A stretch of 64,000 nt of DNA from the human T2T-CHM13v2.0 reference genome, Homo sapiens, in NCBI RefSeq assembly GCF_009914755.1, contig NC_060927.1; one strand, written 5' to 3'. Both the position numbers and the translations under genes were made by a program. The first letter of the stretch is position 1; every line of letters begins with the position of its first letter. This document shows positions 30,473-47,577 of this stretch, one piece after another. Below the pieces are notes generated by a model. It worked only from the letters and a program-made list of their open reading frames with translations, did no database searches and was not told the DNA's origin.

Positions 30473-30512
<40 letters not shown>
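30473..30512 (+). repeat. (AC)n microsatellite just upstream of the CP exon 15 acceptor
   Basis: About 20 units. Confidence 0.97.
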
Positions 30513-30514
<2 letters not shown>

Positions 30515-30799
30515 CCTTGATAACTAGGACCCAGGAACTGGAAATGTCAGTGTAATTAGTTTTTAAAAATTGTGGTACTCAAGATTGTTTTCAGGAATTT
30601 AGTTTTAAGATGAACTGGAAGACAAAATTTTGTCATTTTTTGGGTTAATTTTAAATTAGCTATAACCCACTTGCCATACCACAAAGCTAGGAGGTGTGTA
30701 CTTCAATATTACAATTTGAAAAAACTTTGCAACCAATCTCTTCTTAGCTTGAAGTGTGTTTTCCTAATATACTTTTTTCTCTTCAGATACCAAGTGATT

Positions 30800-32370
30800 T
30801 TTCCCCAGTGGCTGGCACCTTTCCCGTAATCTCTGCATGTGTGTATCTGGACTATTTTGTGTAATTCCCTCAGCTTCAGCATTGGCTTCCTTTCCTTGTC
30901 CTCTCTCATGATCATCCTTAGTGAGCTCATGATTCCTGGCGAGGAGCCGTTAGACCTCTTGATCTCATGAGTCACCGACTTGACACAGTTATGTTTACCT
31001 CCCCCTCCAGTCCATCTCATTCTATCACACCATGTGCTGTTTTGTCACTACTCCCACATACAGGACATAACCACACCCTCGGCCTTGGCATTTTGAAGAC
31101 GACCAGTTGCTTCACCCTCCTGCTTTGCCAAGGCTCTTACCCTTTTCCCATGTGCTCTAGGCTTTTCTCCAGTCTGATCTGCGTTTCCATTCACCTCAGG
31201 GCTTCCTGTGCAACTGCTCACAGGCCTCAACTTTTGGCCATGCCCACTCACCAATCCCAGCCACACTCATTTTCCATCCCATTTATTTAGACCACACCAT
31301 TACATATTCATGCTATCACACTAACCTGCCAGAGTCCAACAGACATTCACTAGAGAATCAAGCAAGACAACAGAGATGGTCTCAAGTGATGTGGTAGACG
31401 TCTTACTTTTTCTTCAAGCCTCAGTCTGAGCTGTTCCTATGTCCTCACCCTTTTTCTAAGCAGAAAATTTCACTAGAATATAAAGTATTGATTCACCACC
31501 TGCACATATTACTGTCTGGCCATCTCTGCTTTTACTTATTCTCATAAGCTGCAAAATAACATTTTCTTCTCTTTTCCACACCCCTTTACAACCTGCTCTT
31601 CCACCAGTGGTCAGTGCCCAAAACCTTGGGGTCATGCTTGACTCCTCTCTTCCCTAACACTCCCTAGTGCCCATTTTCCAGCAGGTCCTTTTAGTACCAC
31701 CTTTAAAATGGAACCAGAATATGATAACATCTCACCACTTCAGCCGCTTCCACCATATTCCAAATCTCGATGATGATGATGATGATGATGATGATTTTAC
31801 CCAGATTATTGCAGTGGTCCTTAACTGACCCCAGATTCTGTCCTTGCCCCCTTAGGGTCACTTAACCACACATCACCAACAGCCCCTTAAAAGGTGTCCA
31901 TCAGAACATCAGTCTTAAATCTCGAGTCTGAGGTCCTCCCTACTCCATCTGGCCCCTGCTCTCCCTGGATCTCATCTCTAGCATTCTGTCCCTTGTGTGC
32001 TTTTCTTTAGCCTCTGGCTGCCTTGCTGCTGCTCACACACACCAGGCATTGCTCCTGTCTTCGGGGCCTAGAATCAATTCGTGCACAATTACCTGAATTT
32101 CATTACTTCTCAAACTTTAGGTGTTTTCAGCAATGCCACCTCCTCAAGGAAGCCCTCCTGACCTCTCTACCTAAAATAGCACCCTTGCTACACCCTGCTA
32201 AGTTATTGAGAAATAGTCTTTTCCTGGAAGCCAACTTTACAACTAATAGAAGAAAAATATGGTTCTTATTAAAGAAAATGCTCACCTATGTATATAATCT
32301 GTTCAAGATTTTACTCTATGTTTATTAAAGAAACATTTGATGATCTCCTAATATATGCCAGATACTGGAC
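30800..32370. mobile_element. L2 fragments, with a (GAT)n tract at about 31769-31795
   Basis: AAAACCTTGGGGTCATGCTTGACTCCTCTCT and GATTATTGCAGTGGTCCTTAACTG are typical L2 segments. Confidence 0.6.
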
Positions 32371-32735
32371 TAGATAGGGGGAATTTAGAGTTCCAAGTGG
32401 CAGCCTCTGGCCCTTAGAACCACATGTGCTAGAGACAGGCGTGGGAACATCCAGCCACATATGGTGTGGTAGATGCCATTTGAGCTGTGTTCTAGCTGAG
32501 CGAGGAGACAGCATCTCTCTGATTCACGCTTGAGGATTCATAGATGTCTACTACCTTCAGGTTTTTCTCTTAAGCTCTCCTGTGGACTTTTTTTTTTAGT
32601 ACAAGCATGTGCATGTACTTGCATACACACAGACACCTCCTTGCATCCCCTCTTCACAACTACCTCCCTTTTCACTTTCTTGGTCCAGACTCTCTATGAT
32701 GAGAGTAATCTGTGGAAAGGCTGTACAGCCTGTTA

Positions 32736-33143
<408 letters not shown>

Positions 33144-33633
33144 TCATGGTGGGTTGGATATCTGGCCAGGAGTCATTTATACCCCTCTCATTTCTACCCT
33201 TTATCCAATCTTAGCTTGTCTCTTGTCTGGTAGGATTTTTGTGCTCCAGCAACAATGCCATTTTGCCTTGGTGTCTTAGTCTAGGGGTTGAGGATAACCA
33301 AGCCTCAGGGGAATGCTGACAGTATGGGAACACAGTGGGGTGGGGATGGGAGTGGGGGTCCCTGCAATTGATAGTTTTAAAGAAATGTCTCAAGACCAGT
33401 GTTGCTCGAGTTCTAGACATTCTGTCTTAAAGTGAGTCCTAAAAAATTGAAGGCAGCTTTGCCCCTGCTTTGTGCGTGGTATCATTTTTTCTTTTATTTC
33501 CTGTTGTAATTAATTTCCTTTTGTATATTTCTTCTTGTAATTAATCATTTATATTTTAATTTTAAAAGTAAATAGCTGTAATTTGAGAGGAATGGGTAGG
33601 ATAATGGGGATAAATTGGTTAAGAATTTTATTA

Positions 33634-33920
<287 letters not shown>

Positions 33921-34082
33921 CAGAATTTCATTAGAAAATAGTTTCTGGGAACTTCACTAAAACTACAGGCATCAATTTGATAAAATATATATAATTTCAT
34001 CAGTATACGGGACAATACATAGTTTCCAAGAGAAATAAGTAATATTTTACTATGTCATATTATTTAATAAACATCAGTCTTA

Positions 34083-34388
<306 letters not shown>

Positions 34389-34795
34389 CTAAGGTTAGTA
34401 TTTGTCTTAATGAAAATGTAACTTAAGTTTTAAACTTTAAATTTTGAATAAAAATATAGTTTTTATTAGAGTAATTATAGTAGTTTTAAATCATCACTCT
34501 TCTATCCAAGTAGGAATGCATAATAAGACTTTAAAAGTCTGTGTGGTAGAAAGCATACCTAGCCATCTGAGTGCAGCCATCTGAGTCCTGGCCTCTACCC
34601 TGCCACTAGTGAAAATTTCCTCCAGCTAGTCACTGCCTATTGGAACCTCAGTTTTTTCATCCCTCAAATGAGATATTTGAACAGATCATCTCTAAGATTA
34701 CTTTATAGCTCTAAAATTTTATGAGTCCAATATTTCTGATTTATAGGAACTGAAATGGACATCTTTTCCCAGGCATTCCCTTTTCACTTACTTCT

Positions 34796-35100
34796 TTTTT
34801 TTTTTTTTTTTTTTTTTTTTTTGAGGAGTCTTGCTCTGTCGCCCAGGCTGGAGTGCAGTGGCGTGATCTCCGCTCACTGCAAGCTCTGCCTCCCGGGTTC
34901 ACGCCATTCTCCTGCTTCAGCCTCCGAGTAGCTGGGACTACAAGCGCCCGCCACCATGCCCAGCTAATTTTTTGTATTTTTTAGTAGAGACGGGGTTTCA
35001 CCATGTTAGCCAGGATGGTCTCCATCCCCTGACCTCGTGATCCGCCCGCCTCGGCCTCCCAAAGTGCTGGGATTACAGACGTGAGCCACCGCGCCCGGCC
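34796..35100 (-). mobile_element. AluY-like
   Basis: CpG-rich, long T tail; TSD TTTTCACTTACTTCT. Confidence 0.93.
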
Positions 35101-36003
35101 AGTTTTCACTTACTTCTAATGGCAGCTGTAGCCTTTTAACCATTTTACCCCAATTACAAAATAAAAGTTTACTCCTTTACACTGCAAACTATACTCACTA
35201 CTGCTGTCAAACAGGTAACCACTGCCTAGCCACAGGTCACCAGTTGTGCTATGCACCCTGGATCTGAACACCTGCCCACCCCAATCTCTCAGATCATCTC
35301 CATGTGGTCAGCGCATGATGTAAGTGGGATGATGGAGAGGAAAGTGCTTGGAAAAGTATGAAGAAAGGGCTAACTAGAAGTGATGAGAGATGCTGCTCTA
35401 AATTAATGTTTCTGAAGCTCTAATCATCCTCTACTTATATCTATTCATACAGAATTTATTTTGTACTTTTCCATGATGGACATGTTACTGGTAATTTTGT
35501 GCCATATTTTCCTGTAAGTTCTTAGAGGATAGAGACTATATCTATCATCTTCAAGCATTTAAAATATTCCATACGTAACGGTTTTAAGGATGTGAAATGA
35601 CCGATTGTTAGACTAACAATGAAAACTCTGAAGGAAAAATAAGCAACAAACAGTTGCTAAGGGGAGTAATATTTCTGCTCTGAATTTGGGCATTAACTTT
35701 TGTTAAGTTTGAATATAAATGACAACATGAGGGCACATGAATGTGAGAAGACACTCCAGTAGAAAAGAAAGCAAGACTCCAAAGGATCAAAGAAGATAAA
35801 TGGAAATTTTCCCTTAAGGAAATTGAGAGAAGCGGAAATGAATAAGGACAAGTTCCTAGGAAGTGTTTTGTTGTTGTTGTTGTTGTTGTTGTTATTGTTT
35901 AATGCAACTTTTTTTTTTTTCTAAAATTTGGTGTAATTCTTACTTCTCTGAAAAGGAAACCTAAAATTACTGCTGAAATTGGGAATCAGAGTCTGGAGAA
36001 TTA

Positions 36004-36237
<234 letters not shown>

Positions 36238-36279
36238 TCACTTCTTTGCTAGTGCCCTCTGGGGCTCTCCACCTTCCTC

Positions 36280-36690
36280 AGAATTAATGCTGAAGTCCTT
36301 ATCATGGCCTCAGGTGATCTAGCTTTCCACACCTTCTGCTCACCCTGCTCCATCCATCCTTTTGCTGTTCTTAGAGCAGATCAAGTGTGTGCCTGCCTTG
36401 GGAACTTTGCACTTGCTGTTTCCTCTGCCTTCTCCCCAAAATATCCTCATGGTTCACACCCTCATTTTATTCTCGTCTCTCCTTAAGTAGCACCTCCTGA
36501 GAGAATCTTGACCCTTTCCCCTCTCAGTCACCATCCCCTTCCTCTGCCTTATTTTTCTTTGTGTACTTATAATCACTTGACATATATGTATTAATATACT
36601 TGCTTGTTGTCTGTCTCCCTGCATTAGAATTTCAGCAGCATGAGACATCTTATCTCTTTTGTTCATTGTTGTATTTACATTTGTTGAAGG
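36280..36690. mobile_element. L2 3' fragment
   Basis: CTTTGCACTTGCTGTTTCCTCTGCCT...TTGTCTGTCTCCC..ATTAGAAT..TTTTGTTCATTG. Confidence 0.65.
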
Positions 36691-37274
36691 AAGGAAAGCG
36701 TGACACTGGGGTGGTCTTAAGTTTCAGTGGCATATGATAAACCAAATGAAGCCTGAAACAAGCTAGCATATTTTCACATTTTGATTAAAATTCTTTCTCT
36801 TCAGTTGTAGTTTGTTTTACTCGTTCAGAGCCAGGTCTGTAGATGTCTCTGAATTTGCATGGCTACAATGCTAGCATAGAATATTCACTTGCAACCAACA
36901 AGCCAACACTACATCTAGGCTACAGAGACATGATGAAAAGTTTAGGTGCAGAATATTTATGGGAGTCATTCCCCTTCTAGTCTGATTTTCCAGCTATCTT
37001 TAAAAGGACCATAATCTAAAAAGGGATCATCTTGAGGAGCCTATGGAAGTGGAGAAAACCACACCATGTTCTTTTACTCCACATTGTCCTCAGTAACTAG
37101 GAAACAGACCTATCTGGTACATACTTCAGCTGATAGTGGCCTAGACTTGCTCTTTCAAAGATAGGAAGGGCACTTCAGAGGCTTGGGGAAGGGATAAGTT
37201 TATCACCCAACACATTCTGCTACAGGATTTTAAACCAAAACTACACAAATCCATCCAATAGAGACTTGGCTTTA

Positions 37275-37556
<282 letters not shown>

Positions 37557-38423
37557 TCACAGACTTTCCAGGACCAACTTTGTTTTTTTAATTTTTAAAA
37601 GACCTATTCAGGCTTGCCCACGCTTTATGTGTCAGGAGTATCCTTGCAACTCCTTGTGGTTCCTGGCATTTCAGAGCAGCCGCTGGCTGAAAGGAGCAGA
37701 GCTGAATGCATAGTTCTTGTTCTATGCTAGTGTCCCTAGCAACCTGGGAATCCCACTGCTCTTCCTGGCTAAAACAATGATTCTGTTATTTCCAGTTCTT
37801 TAAGTGATTATATTTGTGAGCACCCAAATCTGCGAATTATAACAGCTTTTCCTGTGCACCATATACTGGGAGTGTGTTGCTGTTCTAGATTTAAAAAAAA
37901 AAGTCTCTAATTCATCTTGAATAACAGGAAAGGTCATATGTAGGAGGTTTTTTCTTTATCTTGTGTATTTAATTATTTTTGATGATTAATATTCTCAATG
38001 CTTCCAAATATACAAAAATGCAGAATCAAAAGAAATATTTTAAAGATTGTGGGTAGCGTGACTAGTACCTAGCTTAAAAAAAAATCAGTTTGTAACACAA
38101 CTTTACATGTTTTTCTTCTATTGGCTACAATAATTTTTACTGATGTCCATTAGTGGTGTGGGCCTTTTGAATAATGAACTCACTGTCTCTGAGCTCTAAC
38201 CACTTTTTAGAATTACACTAGGTATTTAAAAAAATCTGGTATTAGACTTAAATAAAAATCTCTGGGGGTATTCCAGGGCACTGGTCATTTTTTAAAAGCC
38301 CCCAGTTGATTCTAATGTGCAGTCAAGGGTTAGAATCATTGAGGGCTGAGATCATATCTTTCTGCATATTGAATAATCAAATGAGCCTGTCATTTTTGAG
38401 CCAAAATGAGAAAAGCATCTGAT

Positions 38424-38608
38424 CCAGTAGTTTTCAAACTGTAGCGTTCATCAGAATCATCTGCAGAGTTTGTTGAAAACAGATTGCCGGGATCCATCTC
38501 CAAAGTTTCGGACTTTGTAGGTCAGGGTAGGGGTCTAAGAATTTGCATTTCTAAGTCCCTCAGTGATGCTGAGGCTGCTGATATAGGGACCACACTTTAA
38601 GGACCATT
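38424..38608. mobile_element. MER5A
   Basis: CAGTAGTTTTCAAACT..CATCAGAATCA..AGAATTTGCATTTCTAA..GGGACCACACTTT. Confidence 0.8.
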
Positions 38609-38779
38609 CATGTAATTGACATATCTTGAATTAAGTGAAATAATGGATAACTGACAGACACATCAAATAACCAGTGAGATTACCTTCAGGACACTATTGT
38701 AATCGTTTATTGAAAAAATAATCAATGAGCAAAGCTCTTCACATTTTGTTTAGTTAAAAGCATTACATATGCAGTACTA

Positions 38780-39055
<276 letters not shown>

Positions 39056-39255
39056 CTAAAGGAAAGAATGAGAACAGAAGTTTCTGTTGCTCTTTGTAAA
39101 CTAGGGTTCCTGAAATATTTCAGTTCACCACCAGAGCTTTCTTTGGTATCTGTTTAGTGGATTTGTGGTTCAATATGGTAATCTGAGTCTCTCTCTGCAT
39201 CTAAAAGTTCTAACTCTACCTTCCTGCCCACATTGTGCATACCAATTGAAGCCTC

Positions 39256-39289
<34 letters not shown>

Positions 39290-40038
39290 AAAATAGGAAA
39301 GAATATGGGTCTGTGCTGGAAATCAGGGAAGATTTCACATTCATGAAAACCGGAAGAATTCCTGTAAGGCAGAGCAGGATGGAAGCAGATTTGAGGAAGA
39401 AATCATCCCAGATGAAGAAATAACCTCCCAATGAATTCGAACAGAGATTCAAACAATCTCCAGCCAGCTGTTCAAACATTATCACCTCCTCCCACTTCTC
39501 CCAGTGGAAAAAACAAAAAAAAAGGAGCAGAAGTGCATCTGGTCTATGAAATGATTCAGTAGTTCAGAAGAAGGCAGTCAAAGGAATCAAAGCAAATGAG
39601 CCCCTGAGAATAAGTGACTCTTAAAGGAGAGAATACTTTAGAGATTATTGCCTGTCTTTCCCTTAAGATCAGTCCTTCAGATACATGATAAGGTGATTAT
39701 CAAATTGAAAAAAATCAAACTAAAGCAAAGACCTGAAGGTTAGATCCTTCAGAGAACTGAAACTATGATGAAGGGGATCTAAAGAAAGCTCCCATAAATC
39801 AGAGGAGAGCATTTGAAGGTGAAAAATATACACATTGTAATAATTTTAGAAAGAAGTTATAAAAGGAAGAGGCACAATCATAAGAAATACTAGTGGAAGT
39901 GTTTGCCACCACAAAGGGAAAAGACTAGAGGATTCAGATTCAAAAGCTTCCTGAAAACAAGACAAAATTACAAAATTAGTAATGGAGATCTGTACTAAAA
40001 ATGTCCTGGTAAATGTTCCATTTAAAAATGTTATGAAA

Positions 40039-40338
<300 letters not shown>

Positions 40339-41142
40339 TTATGAAACGAAAAAATCAGGTTGACATTAAAATTATCAAGTATAATAAATGCCAGAAGAAG
40401 ATGAAGTAGCATTTATCTTTTTGAGAAGAAAATATTATGATACAAAAATGTAACACCAGGTAAAGAACAACAAAAGTCATTTTCAGATGTATAAGGATTC
40501 CAACAGGGACTGGTACAATCACCTGTATACTGATCGACAGAGAAAACGTCAATGAAATATTTTCAGGTCATGTTTTCTGATCATAATGCAATAAAATTAA
40601 AAATTACTAGTCAAGGACAAAAAGTAAAAAAAGAATGTCATTTTTGATCCAAATAACTTAGATCGAAGAGAAAATAAAAATGAAATACTGAGATTTGGTA
40701 AGTAATGTCTGTGAGCATGCTGTAAAGAAAAATGTATAGAATGTAACTACACATATAAACTAAGAATCTGAAAAGCTTTTTATCTTAAGACTAAATAAAA
40801 ATAAATCTAAATATCTGAAAAAATTTTAAAATTAGTTACAGAGAAAAATTAACAAAGACAAAAGCATAAATTAAGAAATTTAACACAGGTAAAATGATTA
40901 AATCCAAAAATATATTATGTGAAAAGACCAGAGAAATATAAATCTCTGGCAAGTCTAATAAAAAAGGTGGAGAGAACCAAAAAAATACCACATTAGAAAT
41001 GAGAAAGGAATATAACCACATATATAGGGGAGAAAAATGTAAATCATTATATGCAATTAATGTGATCTACTGACTTAGAAAGAAGTGCCTGACTGGACTA
41101 GTACTCATGGATGAAATAAAATAGTGATTAAAAACATAAACA

Positions 41143-41474
<332 letters not shown>

Positions 41475-44400
41475 CTACTCCTTTTTAAAAGTCAAAATAA
41501 TTTTTAAGGCAGTTTCTTTCAACTCTCTAGGGAGCAGATGGTTCCCAAATATTTAAACTATTCCTAGTTTATTTAATAAAGATAGTATAACCATGGATAT
41601 TAATATCTGAAAAAGCAAGCAAAAGCTAAACTAATTTCATTTATAAGCTTAAATGAGAAATTCTAAATCAAACACAGTCAAATTCAGCCCACCAATATAT
41701 TAAAGAAAAATTCACCATACTTAAGTGTTGTTCTCCCCCAGAGTGCAAGGATAGTTTAACATTAGAAAGTCTTTAATGTAGCTGGTCATATTTATTTGTA
41801 GTTGATCACATTACAGGAGAAAGACTATATAATGATTTCAAGAAAATCTAAAAAGAAATTTTTGTAAAATATGACATTCTGGCATTAGCTCTTCCCTTTG
41901 CTTTCCTCTCAGATCTTTGCAAGGCTGCCTTTTTGAAATTTAGGTATCACATTAAATATTATCTCCACATTATCTGAACTAGAATTTCTGTTCACTATCT
42001 CATTACGCTATTTTTTTTTTTTTTTTTGCAGAACTGCTCACTTTCTGAAGTTATCTATTTCATTTTCTTTTGTTTGCTTATCTTCATCTCCTTTCCTCCC
42101 ATTCCCCTCCTTCCTCCCATATACACTAGAATAAAAACCTATCAGAGCAGGAAACTTATTTGTCTTATTTACCAGTGAATTCTGTGCCTAGCACAGGATG
42201 TTTTTGGAGCAGCTCAAGTGATTTGTTTTAAAAACACTCAGTGTAAAAGTAGAATAAAGCACAACCACTAGCCAATTCATACTTAGTGGTAAAATAAACA
42301 GAGATGTTCTCATTAAGATCAGACACAAACAAGGCTACTGGCTATTCCACTATTGTTTAATATTATTTTTAATATTCTACCCATCATAATAAGGCAAGAA
42401 AATAGAATAAATTTGCTGGCGATGAGAATTAGCATTATTTATAGATAATATAGAACCTATATGAATCAGTTGGAAATTATTTGAACTAAGAAATGAATAT
42501 TTAAGATGTCCAGCTCCAAAATAAATGTTAAGCAATTAACAGCTGTTTCTATAATGACAATATGCAATTAAAAAATACCGTGTTATGCATAATATTAAGA
42601 AAAACAGGAATTCAATGAGAAACATGCAGGACGAATATGAAAAAGACTATAAGAATTTACTGAATAATTAAAAAGACAACTTGAATTAAAGGGCTCCTGA
42701 GTGAAAGACTAACTATAGCTAAGAGATGAATTCTCTCCAACTAAAGCTATTCATTTAATGTAATAATAATAAAAACTACCAATGGCAGTTTTTTAGTTTA
42801 ACAAAATTATATTAAAATTGATCTAGAATAATGTATATGTGAGGGTATCTAAGAATAAAAAGGGAAAATAATTCTTTTCAGTAATGGATGAACATGTTCT
42901 GACATGTATTTAAAACTTTACAAGCTGCAATAATAAAAACAATGTGGTACAGGTACTGGCACAGATAGGTCACACGGTAAACTAGGAAACCTAGAAAAAT
43001 GATCCAGATATATTTAAGATTTACAATATGTTAAAGGTGACACTTCAAATCAGTGAGTAAAGAATAGATTTGTTAATATATAATGCTCAGATAATCTAAT
43101 AGTTGTTTAGAAAAGATAAAACTTAGAGCCTTAGAGCCCTACTCACCAAACTGAAAATGTGTTACAAGTAGCATTTTTAAGATACTGACTAAACTGTAGA
43201 TGAATATTTACTTACCTATAGAATAGAAAATAATTTTCTAAGTATGATACAAAAGGCAAAAAAAAAAGAATTGATAATTTGGCTATGTAACACTGAAAAC
43301 AGCTATATTGTCACAGGCAAACAAACAAAAAAGTAAAAACACTCAACTGTAAGCAATAATGGAATATGAAAAAACACACACAAAAAAGAAAAAGACCTGC
43401 ATTATACATAACAAAGATAATATGTATGTAGTATACACACACACACATATATATATTATATGGCTTAATATATAGATATTTTATGGATTAATAATTGAAA
43501 ATGAATATCTGCCGTCACCAAGAAATTGACTGAAGAAGTACAAATGGTCAATAAACATTATTAATTAAACTATAAATTTAAATGAGAATGAGGTGCAGTA
43601 ATTGACCTATGCCGTTTGTAAAAATTTAAAACTAAGTATTAGTAAAACGGCAGAGAACAGCCTCTCTCCTACACTTTACGCAGTGATTTTCAAACTTTTC
43701 TATTGCAACCACATAAGAAGTACATTTCATGTTGTGATCCTGTATACACACACACACACACACACACACACGCATACACTCCAGAAAAGAAATTTCTTTA
43801 ACCCTTACTTGTCCTTACTGTATGTGGTATACTCTGACATTGTCTCTTCTTTCCCACTTGATACTTCAAAAAATTCTAGTCGCTAGTTACAACCGACTAA
43901 ATGGGTCATGATCTACAGTTTGAAAAATACTACTTTATGAAGAGCAGTTTGACAAGCACATAAGTTGTGCCTGGCCTGTGACCTAGAAATTTAAGTCCCA
44001 AGATTTGTTCCCATGAAGTAAAAATGGGCATATCCTACTGTTTAGTTAAAACAAAAAATAGTATGTCAAATACACCCAGTTCATAATTGTAAAAAATTGC
44101 AAACCATCTAAATGTTTGACAGTAGGGAACTGACTGAATAAATTATGGTGCATTCAGATCATGAAATACTTTGCAGTCATTCAGAATAAGGCTGAAGTTT
44201 TTTTAATGATATAGAAGGATAATCATAATATGTTTAAGTGTATAAAGCAAATTGCAAACAATATATGCAATTGTGATCCCTTTTTTGTGTTGAGACTATT
44301 TTCTTCTTTTACCTCCATATATTTTCATAATTTTCACAGTGTTCATGAAATATTTTCATATTAAAATGATATTTTTTTAAAAAGAATAGTTATAAAGGTC

Positions 44401-44989
44401 AGGAACTTGCTTTAGAAATTGATTGACTTCACATTGTGTTGTATGCATTTAGACAAGATAACCATTCCTTGTCAGCTTAATACATTTTAGCTTACCCAGG
44501 GCTTTAACCTATATTCATTCCATTTGTTTCTTTCAAAAAGAAAGAATGCAACCCATCAAGATGCGTCAGTAGGGCAGGTATCATCTCCATTTTACTGATG
44601 ATTCAGATGGGCATGAGAAATATTAAATAACTAATCTGTAGCCACATGGCTAGTAACTGAGAAAGCCAGGATGAGGACTTCTGATGCCTCTGTAGGCCTT
44701 CCTGTGTTGTGATTTCTTCATTTGCAAAATGAAGATAATGAAATATGCAGAAGGTAAATCTCATTTTAAATCTCAACTCATTGAGCATCAGTTCTTTGTC
44801 CACAAAATGGGCATAAAAATACATAGCCTCTCGTGTTGTTGCAAAGGTCAAATAAGGTAACATGTCTGACAGTACCTGGAGAGAGTTTAATAAACATTAG
44901 TCTTGTTTTATTCCTTCCAAAGTAAGCACAAGATCAAGAATAGGAATCTAAAAGTAGAAAACCTTTTTTTTTTCAATTACATATTTAAA

Positions 44990-45305
44990 ATTTTTTATTT
45001 TTTATTTTTTATTTTTTTTTTTGAGACAGAGTCTGGCTTTGTCCCCCAGGTTAGAGTGCAGTGATGCAATCTCTGCTCACACCAACCTCCGCCTCCCGGG
45101 TTCAAGCAATTCTTGTGCCTCAGCCTCCTGAGTAGCTGGGATTACAGACATGCACCAGCACACCTGGCTAATTTTTGTAATTTTAGTAGAGACGGGGTTT
45201 CACCATGTTGGCCAGTCTGGTCTGAAACTCTTGACCTCAAGTGATCCACTGACCTCAGCCTCTTAAAGTGCTGGGATTACAGGTATGAACCACCACACCC
45301 AGCCA
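44990..45305 (-). mobile_element. Alu (S-like)
   Basis: Full reverse dimer. Confidence 0.92.
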
Positions 45306-46396
45306 CATACTTAAAATGTTAAGTGATGGTATTACCATTTACAAAGGCCAAATAAAAATAAAACATCTCAGCGTAATCTTAAAAAAAAAATCCAAGATCC
45401 ATATAAGAGGAACTATAAAATACTCTTGAAAAACACAAAAGTAGACTTGAACAAATGGAAAGACATACGTTCTTATGTAGGATGACTCAACTTCGTGATT
45501 ATGTCTGTACTCCCTACTTTAACTTATACATTTGAAACAATCCCAATAAAACACTATCAAGCCTTTTTTCTGGATCTAGATAAGTTTTTCTAAGGTTCAG
45601 TAGAAAGAATAAGGAAGCAAAAATAGCCATTAAAATGATGGAAAAGAAGAGAAATGAGACATAGCTATAGCCATGAAACATATTAAAGGGCTCTCCTAAT
45701 AAAGCAGTATGGTATTGGTGCAAGAATAAAGACCAGCAGAACAGCATAGAAAATCTAGAAATAGACTCACTTATATATAAATATTTTAGTAGATGATAAA
45801 GGCAGCATTTCAATCAATGCAGCAAAGTTTAGCTTTTTTGTGGGTAACTAGATAGCCATACAGAAAAAAGATAAATATGATCCGCTCCTCGACTGTATCA
45901 TTTATTTCCTATCAGATTTGTGAAAATCCCCAAATTTGACAATATAGTTTGTAATAACGCTGTGGAAACACAGATAATCTCATGTATACCTTCTGGAAAT
46001 ACAAACTGGCACAACTACAGAGGGGGATTTGGCAATATTTCACAAAACTGTATAAGCATTTAGCTTTTGTCCCAACAATACAATTTCTAGGAATTTATCA
46101 CAAAGGTATGCTGGCAAAATACAAAGAGACATGAACAAGGCTAACAAAGCTGTACATTGTTTTGTATTTGTGAAGGCAAAGACTAGAAACAACCCAAACA
46201 CTTGTCAAATAAGGGACTGATTGTATAAACTGTAGCATGTCCACACATCAGAGTAATATATACTATGCAAAGAAATGAGGAATGAGCAATATTTCCAAAC
46301 AATACTATGAAGAGATGTTCAGATTCTATTGTGAAGTGAAAAAAGCAAAGATATGAATACACACACGTTTGTTTATTTAAAAATGGAAGAATAGGC

Positions 46397-46698
<302 letters not shown>

Positions 46699-47577
46699 TT
46701 ACATAAAATAATATTACAGTTTTAAAAGCAATTTCTGAAACAGAGAAGTACAATGAATTAACCCGTATATCCAGTGGTGGCAAAACTATGTGGAGAAGAA
46801 CTATTCCAAGTGATTTTAGATATGTAATTTGTCTAAAAATCTCTAGTGGGATCTACCCTAATGACAAAAAGAGTGGCAAACAAATCTTAAACTGTTTTCA
46901 GTAATCATATTGTTGATTGTAGTGTTGTAATTGTGATTCTGAGACTGTTGTATGTATATTGTGGGATGAATCAAATGAATATGTTGGTGTCGTGGAAAAA
47001 ATAAGATTTTTCAGTGCAGTTTAAGGCAGATACAAATATAAGATTGATGCAGTTAATAACAAACCAAAAAATCTGTAGACTCAAATTTGAATAGAAAGTA
47101 TAAGTATGAAATCATGATGAATTTATCTGAAAAGTTTTTTCCCATTTTCTTCCACTGAAAAGGCCCAGAAACAATTGTTTGCCCAATAGCAACAAGCAAC
47201 TCTAGTGCCCACATTGTGGTTCCAAATCCTCACCAAAAAAAACAAAAAACAAAAAACAGGCTTTTGGGAACAAATGGTTAGTTTCAGTTCTGGCTCCGAA
47301 AATGTGCAAAATGAGCCTGGTGTCTCGTTATACTAGAAAGCAAAGAATCTTCAAAGACTACTATGATGTAAAAATAAAGGAGTCAACCTGAACAAGTCCT
47401 TCAGTGTCAAAAAGGATACTTTGAACATCAGTAGGAATAATGGCAGTGAATTGTAACACACCACATATGCTTAAATCCACGAGTGCACAATGCTACTTAA
47501 AAGTAAAAAAAAAATTGAGAAGCCTTTGATTAATTTGAAAACTTATAAATATAGGGAATGAATCAAGTATTTGTCAT

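Noticed and set aside
34561-34586. Short tandem duplication AGCCATCTGAGT x2
   Set aside because: Ordinary slippage within a MIR-like remnant
39257-39286. A30 tract as a retrocopy tail or transcript end
   Set aside because: No upstream poly(A) signal or TSD visible; more likely a simple repeat and an oligo-dT internal-priming hazard
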